Virus record (IMG/VR): IMGVR_UViG_3300037790_000136
Span: 1 to 42,189 of that record
Source: a virus
Taxonomy: Duplodnaviria > Caudoviricetes
DNA length: 42,189 bases
Direction: 5' to 3' (one strand)
Shown: in pieces, positions 18,065 through 26,085 of the stretch
Layout of the letters: every line of letters starts with the position of its first letter
How positions within the stretch are numbered: the first letter of the stretch is position 1
Translations under genes and position numbers: made by a program
Notes under the pieces: generated by a model
Told to the model about the DNA's origin: nothing
What the model saw: the letters and a program-made list of their open reading frames with translations, nothing else
Databases searched by the model: none

Positions 18065-18682
18065 CTACGCCGCTTCGCCCAAGTCGTCAACATCAGTCGG
18101 AGAAAAATCAAGGCGGCCAAGTTTGTCGGCGATGGCCTTGATCCGGTTGCGATTGCTGACCGAGAGGACCGTGACAGCCATGACGGTGTCGGTTGCCTTG
18201 TGGCGGATCATGCGGCGCGAACCCTCGATCCATTGGCGTCGTGTTCTGTCTTTCGGCGGATCGACATACTCACACCACGCGTCCCATTCGATCATTCTGA
18301 GAACGTGAATGTCTGTGTTGGGCACCCGGACCAGGACGTTGTCGAGGTCCCGTATCGCTTGCATCACGCCGGCAGCTTCCTCAAGGGCGCGCCAGTCACG
18401 GACGCAACGGACAAAGGCGTACCCTGGCAAGACGGGACGACGTAGCGTGACCATGACGCCGCGCTTTCGCCTGTCCTCGTGCTCCGAGATTGTGAACGGA
18501 ATGAAGTATTCCAGATCAAGCTTGTCGAGTTCGATCTCGATATTCGTCTTCTGGTCAATGTCCGGAACGATGAACTGATGAGTGCCGCCCCTCGGACCAG
18601 CGAATACGATCCGGCGGCGGGAAACGCGGGTGGCGTGTCCAGAAATACGGACGACGTACCAGTGGTGATCTGTGTGTTCCAA
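18065..18682 (-). CDS. NusG-family transcription antiterminator (late gene regulator)
   Basis: WYVVR N-terminus and RPVLPGYAFV NGN-domain motif; occupies the lambda Q position upstream of terS. Confidence 0.85.
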   Translation of the reverse strand: MEHTDHHWYVVRISGHATRVSRRRIVFAGPRGGTHQFIVPDIDQKTNIEIELDKLDLEYFIPFTISEHEDRRKRGVMVTLRRPVLPGYAFVRCVRDWRALEEAAGVMQAIRDLDNVLVRVPNTDIHVLRMIEWDAWCEYVDPPKDRTRRQWIEGSRRMIRHKATDTVMAVTVLSVSNRNRIKAIADKLGRLDFSPTDVDDLGEAA

Positions 18683-18785
18683 GATTGCCGATCTCCGTTG
18701 AATGAGACCGGACGGGCCGTGCCAGGCTGTTCTGAAGATGCCGTTATTCGGTCGCGGCGGTCAAGTGGTAGCAGGGCGAAAATCG

Positions 18786-19061
18786 ATAATCGTTCCCTAA
18801 CCCATAATGCACAAAAAACGTAACCCGGAAAAATACAACCTTATATAGAAAAAGTACCCCGACATGCGAATATAGGAAAAAAGGAACTATTATTATTATA
18901 TGTATGATTTTATTTTATTTTCTCTAACGATAACCGTTCCTCTCTTATCATAATAGGGGGGAACGGTTATGGGAAATATTCCTACTTGATAGGAATTTAT
19001 GCCGCATAACCGTTCCTTTTTCATAACCGTTCCCTAGACAAAAAGGAACGGTTATGCGGCA
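18786..19061. repeat. AT-rich iteron/inverted-repeat region, candidate replication origin
   Basis: ATAACCGTTCC at 18930, 19006, 19023 (direct) and 18960, 19045 (inverted); variants at 18786 and 18883; perfect 22-bp IR 19000-19021/19040-19061; very AT-rich 18830-18930. Confidence 0.75.
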
Positions 19062-19063
19062 CT

Positions 19064-19095
19064 AAAAAAGGCCTCCCGAACAGGTCGGAAGGCCT
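19064..19095 (-). terminator. Intrinsic terminator closing the early replication operon
   Basis: - strand AGGCCUUCCGA-CCUGU-UCGGGAGGCCU followed by a U run. Confidence 0.7.
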
Positions 19096-19118
19096 CAGGA
19101 TTACGACTGCAATCGACG

Positions 19119-19316
19119 TCAATTCGCGCGATAAACAACAGTGACGGCGAAGGCCTGATAGAATTCATCATCTTGATTTCCCACGGCGCATAGGGCCGGA
19201 GTGACCGATATCACAGCCGTGTCGTCTAGGGTTTTGAGGAAGGCGTTGGCATCAGCCTCAACCCGCGCGTATCCGCTCTGCATCGTCGATTCAAATACCT
19301 TGATTTGCACTCTCAT
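19119..19316 (-). CDS. Small hypothetical protein
   Basis: AAGGAA RBS; 65 aa; last gene before terminator. Confidence 0.6.
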   Translation of the reverse strand: MRVQIKVFESTMQSGYARVEADANAFLKTLDDTAVISVTPALCAVGNQDDEFYQAFAVTVVYRAN

Positions 19317-19340
19317 CAATTTTCCTTTCCGGCTTCGGTT

Positions 19341-21602
19341 TCATTCACATATCCAATAGGTAAAGGTTGATTTCCCCTTTGGGTTCTTGTCTTCCTGTAC
19401 CCCAAGCTGACCGCCCTCCGACAGGGATTTAAGCAGGTCTCCCAGATCACGATATCGAATGCTGTTCTTGAGAGATTGAACAATCTGTCGATGGGTTGCT
19501 TTCCCGCCGCGCTTGGCGATGCACCGCATGATTTTCTGTGCATTGGCCTGGTTCTCGTTTTCGGACATCCATTCGGCTGCGCCGTGGGCCATGAGGCGTG
19601 AAGACTGGCGAGCAAGGTTAATCCCGTACCGAACATCTGACAGTCGAACCTGATGATCTTCCATTCGGCCTATGGCGACAATCGAGGCAATGCGCAAAGC
19701 CATCTCGGCTGTGCGGACAAACAACTCAGCCTGATCGGGATTTTCCGACATGTAATCCTCAATCTCGTCGCGGAACGCCTTCCATGCGGCCATCGCGCCG
19801 TCCGGGCACCACCGCATTTCAATGATGTTGTTGTGCTCGGCAGGATTCATCCCGACATCGTTGCGATACGGCGTCGACATCTCGCCTTTCTGGAAATAGA
19901 TCGCGCGAAGCCCATCCTTGATTGATTGTGGCACTTCGAACTTGTTGGCGTCTGCCTCATCTCGCATGCGAACACGCTTCTCGCCCTCGATGAGCAGGAA
20001 CCGGTTCAATGTGCCGTCGCCAATCGCGCCGCCCTCAACCGCGGTATAGAACTGCTCATGGGTCGATCCCGCCAGAATCGACAGCGACGGCGCGTAAATC
20101 ACCTTCGTCTCGTCTTGAGCGTATTCCGGCGTGTCGAAGCGGCCAAAGCCTTTACCCCAGATCGCGCGCAGGACTTTCGGAATTGCCCGGCTATGAGGGC
20201 TGGAATTCTTGGCGAAAATCTTGCGCAGAACATCGCCGAATTCATCCTGTGGCGAAAGGCAAAGCGGCTGGCGCAAAAGCACCTTGATCAATCCCGTGCG
20301 GCTTTCAAACTCCTCCGGACCCAGATGAACGCCAAGGCCGGCAGCCGTCATGATCGTCTTCGGAATGTCGTTGATGGCCTCCTTTCCCTGTCCAGTCGGC
20401 GCCAGGCAGAGCACATAGAGCGCAAGGCCGCCGAAGTTCACGGGCGTTGAGAACTGCCGACCGGCAGCAGTACCGACAATCGCGAGAGCGCCTCCGATCG
20501 CCAGCGCCTTTTGCGGTTTGATGCTGGCCGACACCATCCATCGCGCGATCTCTCCTACCAGTCCGGGTGGATAGTCAATCGTCGTCACTTGTTCGACCGG
20601 ATTGTATGGTGCGACCACCTCCCCCGTCTCTGCATCGGCCAGCGTGCCGTCATGATGCTCGATCAGCCGCCGTGCAGCTTCCGCAGCCTCGACCGGATCG
20701 TAATCATGCTCATGGCCGCGATGCTTGATGGCAATGGCCGATAGGTCCGCGCCGTTCTCGCGCGCAAGCGCTGCCAGCGTGGCCAGGTTGACGCCCTGCC
20801 CCTTGAAGGATCTCCACTTGGATGCAAGCTCTTTCGTGCCCTTGTATTTCGAGCCCTGTGCGGACCAGTCATCGGCCACAGCAAGACCTGCAGAGGATCC
20901 GCCCGTAGCGGCATGGACGGCCATGAGGGCAGCAAGCCAGTCCTGATAGCCGGAGTCGGGGCTGATGTAGCTCAACAGCTCCGCGATCTCGTCAATTTCG
21001 ACTTGACTATGGCTGCCGGTATCAATTTTCTCGCGCACCGGCTCCAACGGCGTGGTGATCAGCGCGTGCAGCCAGTGCGGAATGACCGCCGCTTCCGACA
21101 GATCGCCCCATAACTCATAGATGCGGCCATCCGCCATGACCGTGCCGGGTGCGATGACATAGCCGCCATGGCCGCGGACGTTGATGCCCTTACCCCGCAA
21201 CAGGCCTTCCGAGTTGCCAAGGGTCTCGCCGTCACGCTGTCGGAAATAGTGATGATTGCCGGCCGATGGTGTTGCGACCAATGGCGCACTATCCGGGTTG
21301 AAACCATGATCGGCCATGATCTGGCCGAACGCTTCGACACCATCCGCGCTTTCATCGTGCCGGTCCGCATCGATGACAATCAGGCCCGACTTGGCGAGAT
21401 CGAGCCCGATGGCCGCATCCGGCCACTTCTGCCACCATTGCAGGATCTGCCGCTCACTGGTCGTGCTGGCCTCGCGCCATTTGATGAACGGCATGGGCCG
21501 CTTGGCCTTCTCACCGCCTGGCTGGCACGGAAAGACCGAGAAGCCAGCTGCCGCAAGGGCAAGGGCCGTCTCACGATTGGACGCCATTGTATCGGACATC
21601 AA
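19341..21602 (-). CDS. Bifunctional primase/polymerase (Prim-Pol + PriCT-2 + DUF3987-type helicase)
   Basis: VFPC...WWQKWPDAAIG...IVIDAD...TPSAGNHHYF...INVRGHGGYVIAPGT; PriCT YQDWLAALMA...WS..GSKY...KWRSF; P-loop APTGQGKE; DEFG. Confidence 0.9.
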   Translation of the reverse strand: MMSDTMASNRETALALAAAGFSVFPCQPGGEKAKRPMPFIKWREASTTSERQILQWWQKWPDAAIGLDLAKSGLIVIDADRHDESADGVEAFGQIMADHGFNPDSAPLVATPSAGNHHYFRQRDGETLGNSEGLLRGKGINVRGHGGYVIAPGTVMADGRIYELWGDLSEAAVIPHWLHALITTPLEPVREKIDTGSHSQVEIDEIAELLSYISPDSGYQDWLAALMAVHAATGGSSAGLAVADDWSAQGSKYKGTKELASKWRSFKGQGVNLATLAALARENGADLSAIAIKHRGHEHDYDPVEAAEAARRLIEHHDGTLADAETGEVVAPYNPVEQVTTIDYPPGLVGEIARWMVSASIKPQKALAIGGALAIVGTAAGRQFSTPVNFGGLALYVLCLAPTGQGKEAINDIPKTIMTAAGLGVHLGPEEFESRTGLIKVLLRQPLCLSPQDEFGDVLRKIFAKNSSPHSRAIPKVLRAIWGKGFGRFDTPEYAQDETKVIYAPSLSILAGSTHEQFYTAVEGGAIGDGTLNRFLLIEGEKRVRMRDEADANKFEVPQSIKDGLRAIYFQKGEMSTPYRNDVGMNPAEHNNIIEMRWCPDGAMAAWKAFRDEIEDYMSENPDQAELFVRTAEMALRIASIVAIGRMEDHQVRLSDVRYGINLARQSSRLMAHGAAEWMSENENQANAQKIMRCIAKRGGKATHRQIVQSLKNSIRYRDLGDLLKSLSEGGQLGVQEDKNPKGKSTFTYWICE

Positions 21603-22216
21603 AGCGTCACCTTCCCGGCGCCATCCAAATCCATCATGAAGGCGTTGTATTCAGCATCAAGCTCCCTTTGCTCATATGGCCGCCCATGATTCTGGTGAAA
21701 CCCGCGATCTGCTTCAGCTTGCCTTCTAGCTTTCACCGCCGATTGAAAATCTTCGAAAGACCCAATCCGGGCATACCTGCCATTCACATCAATTCGAGCT
21801 ATCCATTTTTTCTCTTTTTTCGAGTAGCTTACTCCGGTCACGCCGCTTGAATTGTTTTTCCGGATGGGCTGATTCCGCATATTTTCTTGGTGCGTGACTG
21901 CCCTCAGATTGGATATTCGATTGTTGGAAGGGTCTTGATCTATATGATCAATGACGAGATCGGACGACACAATTTCCCCATAGTAGATAGCCCAAGCGAT
22001 GCGATGTGAGGGGTACCTGACGCCGTCGATGGCAATTCGATAGTATCCATCTGGTTTGAGATATCCCGCGACTTTGCCGGCATGTTTGGCATTCCATGAA
22101 TTGCAAACCCTGGCGCTGGAAAAATGGCTTTCTGGACGCCTTAGCCATGTCAGCGTTCCGCTTTCGGCGCAGTAGGATAGAACGGATTTGAGGTAGCTTA
22201 CGGACAGCATTTTCAT
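21599..22216 (-). CDS. HNH endonuclease with AP2-like domain
   Basis: HRIAW...IDHIDQDPSNNRISNLR..T..EN..N and NSSGVTGVSY...KWIARI...IGSF; lower GC than flanks. Confidence 0.9.
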   Translation of the reverse strand: MKMLSVSYLKSVLSYCAESGTLTWLRRPESHFSSARVCNSWNAKHAGKVAGYLKPDGYYRIAIDGVRYPSHRIAWAIYYGEIVSSDLVIDHIDQDPSNNRISNLRAVTHQENMRNQPIRKNNSSGVTGVSYSKKEKKWIARIDVNGRYARIGSFEDFQSAVKARRQAEADRGFHQNHGRPYEQRELDAEYNAFMMDLDGAGKVTL

Positions 22217-22608
22217 TCACCTCTCATGTCGGCAGCTAGCGCGCGTCGATATCCGGCAATGATGCGTCTATTGAACTCAAACCATTGGTCAGGAGTGAGC
22301 GCCGCGAAGTCGGTCTTGCCGATGGTTTCCAGAAGCTCGATCCCGGCATCCCCGCCCTTGGCGGCGGCCATGCTCTCGATCCGGCTGAATTCATCCTGCT
22401 TCATGGAGTAGATTGCCTTCGCGGCTTGAATGCATTTCGGGTCATCGCAAACCCACAGGATTTTGCTTGCGCCGCGGGATGAGTATCCGAAGCCACAAGC
22501 CGCACGGGCGCAGACGCCGCAGATGGCGGGATCGAACTGGTCAATCACAAATGTCCGCCAGTGCTCGTGGCTGCCTGATGGGCGCGCTGGTGTGATGGAT
22601 TGTTTCAA
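22213..22608 (-). CDS. Hypothetical protein (DUF6511-like, Cys-containing)
   Basis: CGVC...C....C N-part; GKTDFAALTPDQW C-part common upstream of primases in such prophages; start uncertain. Confidence 0.6.
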   Translation of the reverse strand: MKQSITPARPSGSHEHWRTFVIDQFDPAICGVCARAACGFGYSSRGASKILWVCDDPKCIQAAKAIYSMKQDEFSRIESMAAAKGGDAGIELLETIGKTDFAALTPDQWFEFNRRIIAGYRRALAADMRGE

Positions 22609-22744
22609 TGGTCGTCACGCGAAAGTCGCACGACGTGCATTGCTTGCGCCTCTTGACCCCGCCACGCGTCGGCCGACTATCGATCGTCTTGAACGATCTT
22701 TTCCCGCACGCCGGGCAGTGCAGGCCTTTTGGCTTCTCGCTCAT
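22541..22744 (-). CDS. NrdR-type zinc-ribbon protein
   Basis: CPACG...TIDSR...KRRKQCTSCDFRVTTIE matches the NrdR N-terminal Zn ribbon; no ATP-cone. Confidence 0.75.
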   Translation of the reverse strand: MSEKPKGLHCPACGKRSFKTIDSRPTRGGVKRRKQCTSCDFRVTTIETIHHTSAPIRQPRALADICD

Positions 22745-23073
22745 GACCTGACCTCCTGACATCGAGCCATATCGCGGCGCTTCTGGTTGGTCTTGTGAGT
22801 GACGATCTCGGTGTGATCTGGATTGACGCACATTCGATTGCGGCAAAGGTGGTCGAGCTGCTTCTTGCCGGGGATGAAGCCATAGACATGCGTGGCTGCG
22901 ACCCGATGAACTGCGACGGTCTGGCCGCCAAGCTTCATCCGCGGATAGCCGCCGCCGCGTCCAGTGCCGGAATGTGTCCCATTCCATAGCCAGCAAGGTG
23001 TCTCAAGCGGCCCTGGCGTGATCGTCACGTTCTCCTTGATACGTGACCAGATTTCAGATCGCCGCTCGCTCAT
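22741..23073 (-). CDS. HNH endonuclease
   Basis: CWLWNG...GYP...VHRV...LDHLCRNRMCVNPDH..VT...N. Confidence 0.88.
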   Translation of the reverse strand: MSERRSEIWSRIKENVTITPGPLETPCWLWNGTHSGTGRGGGYPRMKLGGQTVAVHRVAATHVYGFIPGKKQLDHLCRNRMCVNPDHTEIVTHKTNQKRRDMARCQEVRS

Positions 23074-23582
23074 GACTGCACCGACATCTGCCGATGAAAC
23101 TCGCAATAGGGTTTTCCAGGCGCATGGGCCTGGCACCCGCAAAAACGGGCATGCTCGCCGAAACCCTCGACCGGCCATTTGCACTCGTCGCGACCTAGGT
23201 CGAGAAGTCCGATCAGGCGAAATTCGGGTTTGGCGATCGGCTCTGACGCGGGCTTGACCTCTTTTGGCGCCTGTGGACGCGATTTTGGTCGACGCGGTGA
23301 AATTGCCGCCTTGATGGTTGAAGTGCGGACAATCCGAGGCGACCTGGCGCTTGGCGATCTTGGCGGTCTTGGCTGACGTGATCCACGCGACGGACCTCTC
23401 GGGAGCGGGCATGAGGTCAACTGGTCAGCCTTGCGGTGATAAATGCTTATGATGCCGTTACGCACCGCGCCGGGGATCAATGACGCAATCTGAGCCGATG
23501 AATAGCCGGGCTCGTAGACCTTCTTGATTGCCTCGATCTTCTCGGCAGAATTCATGAGCCGCCAGTCCTTTCGAACGGTCAT
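23070..23582 (-). CDS. GcrA-family regulator
   Basis: N-terminal GYSSAQIA...RNGIISIYHR and C-terminal LLDL...CKWPV...FCG...PYCEFH, both hallmark GcrA motifs. Confidence 0.85.
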   Translation of the reverse strand: MTVRKDWRLMNSAEKIEAIKKVYEPGYSSAQIASLIPGAVRNGIISIYHRKADQLTSCPLPRGPSRGSRQPRPPRSPSARSPRIVRTSTIKAAISPRRPKSRPQAPKEVKPASEPIAKPEFRLIGLLDLGRDECKWPVEGFGEHARFCGCQAHAPGKPYCEFHRQMSVQS

Positions 23583-23920
23583 AGCTGCATTCCCTTGTAG
23601 AGGGCCGGATTGGTGACCCGTTTGCTGATGTCGTAGCTGGTCAGCGGCGGGTTGCCCGTGATGGCGGAATAGCGAGCCAATCCGCTGAGGACGGTAGTGT
23701 GGTCGCGATCGAAAATATCCCCGATCTGCGGAGCGGACAGCGACGGATTTCCGGCTTTGGTCCGGTACATCGCGGCCCATCGCGCCATGATCACATCGCT
23801 GCGCTTGCGACGGCTGAAAATCAGATGGATCGGAACATCGTGGCGTTGCGCTTCCTCAATGACGATCTGACGAACACGCGACGGCAGTGCGCTCATGACT
23901 TTCTGCTCATAGGCGTTCAT
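23579..23920 (-). CDS. DnaA C-terminal (domain IV)-like HTH protein
   Basis: ARWAAMY...SAPQIGDIFDRDHTTVLSG matches the DnaA domain IV signature; no AAA+ domain. Confidence 0.82.
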   Translation of the reverse strand: MNAYEQKVMSALPSRVRQIVIEEAQRHDVPIHLIFSRRKRSDVIMARWAAMYRTKAGNPSLSAPQIGDIFDRDHTTVLSGLARYSAITGNPPLTSYDISKRVTNPALYKGMQL

Positions 23921-26085
23921 TCCGCAGCCTCCCGCGCCTGGGCCAGATGCGGCACGTTGGCAGCCGTGATTGCGGCGGCGAGCGGCGGGCACACGCTGTT
24001 GCCTGCCCGGCCCACCTGGTCCGATTTCGAAAACACGTTGCCGTCCGCATCCCGGTCGATCTCGTAATCTGCGGGAAACCCTTGTGCGTTGAACAGCTCG
24101 CGCGGGGTCAGCATCCGCATGCCGATATCCACCATCACCAGCGTGACTGACACGCCTGTTTCGAGCGCCACGTCCAGCGTCACGAATTCGCGGTCATCCC
24201 AGAAGCCATGGGCGCGCAGGAAGTCCGCCACCTCGCGGGCCCGGGCGTGGTGCTCCGGCGCGAATGGCGGTGCGGAAAGCGCCGCGGTGGCGATGCAGAA
24301 CCGGTCCTTCGTGGTCACGGTGTGGAGCGGATCGCCCGGCTCCTGCCCGTCCCCTGTGCCGTAATATTTGGTCAAGGCTCCGGCCACGAGGGCCGATTGC
24401 CCGCCGCCCGTGCAGGCCACGCGCGAAGGTTCGTCGGCAGGGCTCGCACGCCGTGCGCTGCCCTTCATCGAAAGCATGCTGGCCGCCACAACGCCCTGCT
24501 GCGCCCCGGATGCCGTGACGGTCGAGGCTGGTTCGTTCGCACCCCGGCCAGGGTTCACGCCACCGATGCGTCGGCTGTCGTTGTTGTGCTGGGCCATGAA
24601 CGCCGCGATCGGAGCATGTTTCACACCGCCCGCCACAACCGTGCCCAACGGCGCGTCCGGATCAAGCGAACGCGGCGCCTGCCCTTCCCTCTCGCCATAA
24701 CCCGTCTGCGCCAACGAGGCCGCAACACACGTCAACCCGGCCCCGCCGGCGGTCACCGTGTGGGCAGGCTGATCGGCACCCTGAAACGGCTTTCCGGCGT
24801 TGCGCATGGTCATCAGGTGCGGCGCGATCACCGCGTTCTGGTCCTTGGCCGATGCCGTCACGGTGTGCAACGGGTCGGCAGGATCTCGCACCGCCCCGCC
24901 CTGCTGGGCATAGGTCATCACCGGCGATACAACCCCGAGAGGCGCAGCGCCGCCAGGCCGCTCCTTGAAACTGTTCGCCGTCACGGTCGGGGAAGGCTCA
25001 TCCATACCCGAACCTGTTGCGCCGGAGTTGAACCGGGTCAGTGATGGCGCAATGACGGCGTGGCGGTTTTCGGTCACCACCGTCTTGAGTGGGTCGCGCG
25101 CATCGGCGCTGCGGTCTTCGCCGCCATTGCCCTTGCCGTAATAGGCAGCGAGCGACGGGGCGATCACCGCTTTCTCACCCCGGTTCGCGCCGGTCACGGT
25201 CCGCATCGGTTCGCCCGCATCTTCCAGCCGGGCCCCGTGGGTGAGGTTCACCAGGAACGGTCGCATCGCGTCCAGCACATAGCGCCGGATGCCCCGCGCC
25301 ACTCGCGCCTGTGTCGCGCTGGCCAATGGCCGCACGGCCCTCAAATTGTGCTTGAGCAGGATCTCCGCCTTGGTGTCGAAGATCGAGGGGCACGGCAAGG
25401 ACCAGTCGATCACGTCGCGCCCGGCAGTCAGCCACGGCTTCAGCTTGCCGGTCTTCACTTCGTCGCTGTCGGGCGCCCCGTGCGTCGGCTCCGGCCAAAC
25501 GATTCTTTTGCCGTCGAACCGGATGATGATGAACACGCGGCGGCGGATCGTCGGCGCGCCATAGTCGCAGGCGCGCAATTCCTTCCATTCCATCCTGCCG
25601 CCGAGCTTTTTCAGCTTCCGGCACCAAAGCTCGAAGGTCTCGCCGCGCCGCTCCGGATCGGGCACCAGCCCCTTCTCCGTCGTGATCAGCGGCCCCCAGG
25701 TGCGGAACTCCTCAACATTCTCGATCGCCACCACATCGACACGCCCGCCCGATTTCTGGATCCGCTCGATCCAGCCCGGAATGATCCATGCAAGGTCGCG
25801 GATGTTCCGCTGCACCGGCGCGCCGCCCTTGGCCTTGGAGAAGTGCTTGCAGTCGGGCGAGAACCAGGCAAAGCCGATATGGGCGCGATTGAAATGGTCG
25901 AGAGGGTCGACCTTGTAGACGTTCTGGCACAGATGCACGGACTCCGGATGGTTGACCGAATGCATGGCCACCGCCACCGGATCGTGATTGATCGCGAAAT
26001 CCGGCGAGCGCCCAAGTGCCATTTCAATTCCGGTCGAGGCTCCACCACCTCCGGCAAAGCAGTCGATTATGATTGGCATTTTCAT
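23917..26085 (-). CDS. DNA (cytosine-5) methyltransferase with repeat-expanded variable region
   Basis: Motif I FAGGGG, IV SPDC, VI ENV, VIII RRR, IX RMLTPREL..AQGFP, X GNSV. Confidence 0.93.
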   Translation of the reverse strand: MKMPIIIDCFAGGGGASTGIEMALGRSPDFAINHDPVAVAMHSVNHPESVHLCQNVYKVDPLDHFNRAHIGFAWFSPDCKHFSKAKGGAPVQRNIRDLAWIIPGWIERIQKSGGRVDVVAIENVEEFRTWGPLITTEKGLVPDPERRGETFELWCRKLKKLGGRMEWKELRACDYGAPTIRRRVFIIIRFDGKRIVWPEPTHGAPDSDEVKTGKLKPWLTAGRDVIDWSLPCPSIFDTKAEILLKHNLRAVRPLASATQARVARGIRRYVLDAMRPFLVNLTHGARLEDAGEPMRTVTGANRGEKAVIAPSLAAYYGKGNGGEDRSADARDPLKTVVTENRHAVIAPSLTRFNSGATGSGMDEPSPTVTANSFKERPGGAAPLGVVSPVMTYAQQGGAVRDPADPLHTVTASAKDQNAVIAPHLMTMRNAGKPFQGADQPAHTVTAGGAGLTCVAASLAQTGYGEREGQAPRSLDPDAPLGTVVAGGVKHAPIAAFMAQHNNDSRRIGGVNPGRGANEPASTVTASGAQQGVVAASMLSMKGSARRASPADEPSRVACTGGGQSALVAGALTKYYGTGDGQEPGDPLHTVTTKDRFCIATAALSAPPFAPEHHARAREVADFLRAHGFWDDREFVTLDVALETGVSVTLVMVDIGMRMLTPRELFNAQGFPADYEIDRDADGNVFSKSDQVGRAGNSVCPPLAAAITAANVPHLAQAREAAE

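Noticed and set aside
18786-19061. CRISPR array or tRNA interpretation of the repeats
   Set aside because: Repeats are only 11 bp, in mixed orientation and irregularly spaced; no cloverleaf; the Cas4-like gene is a phage recombination-module gene
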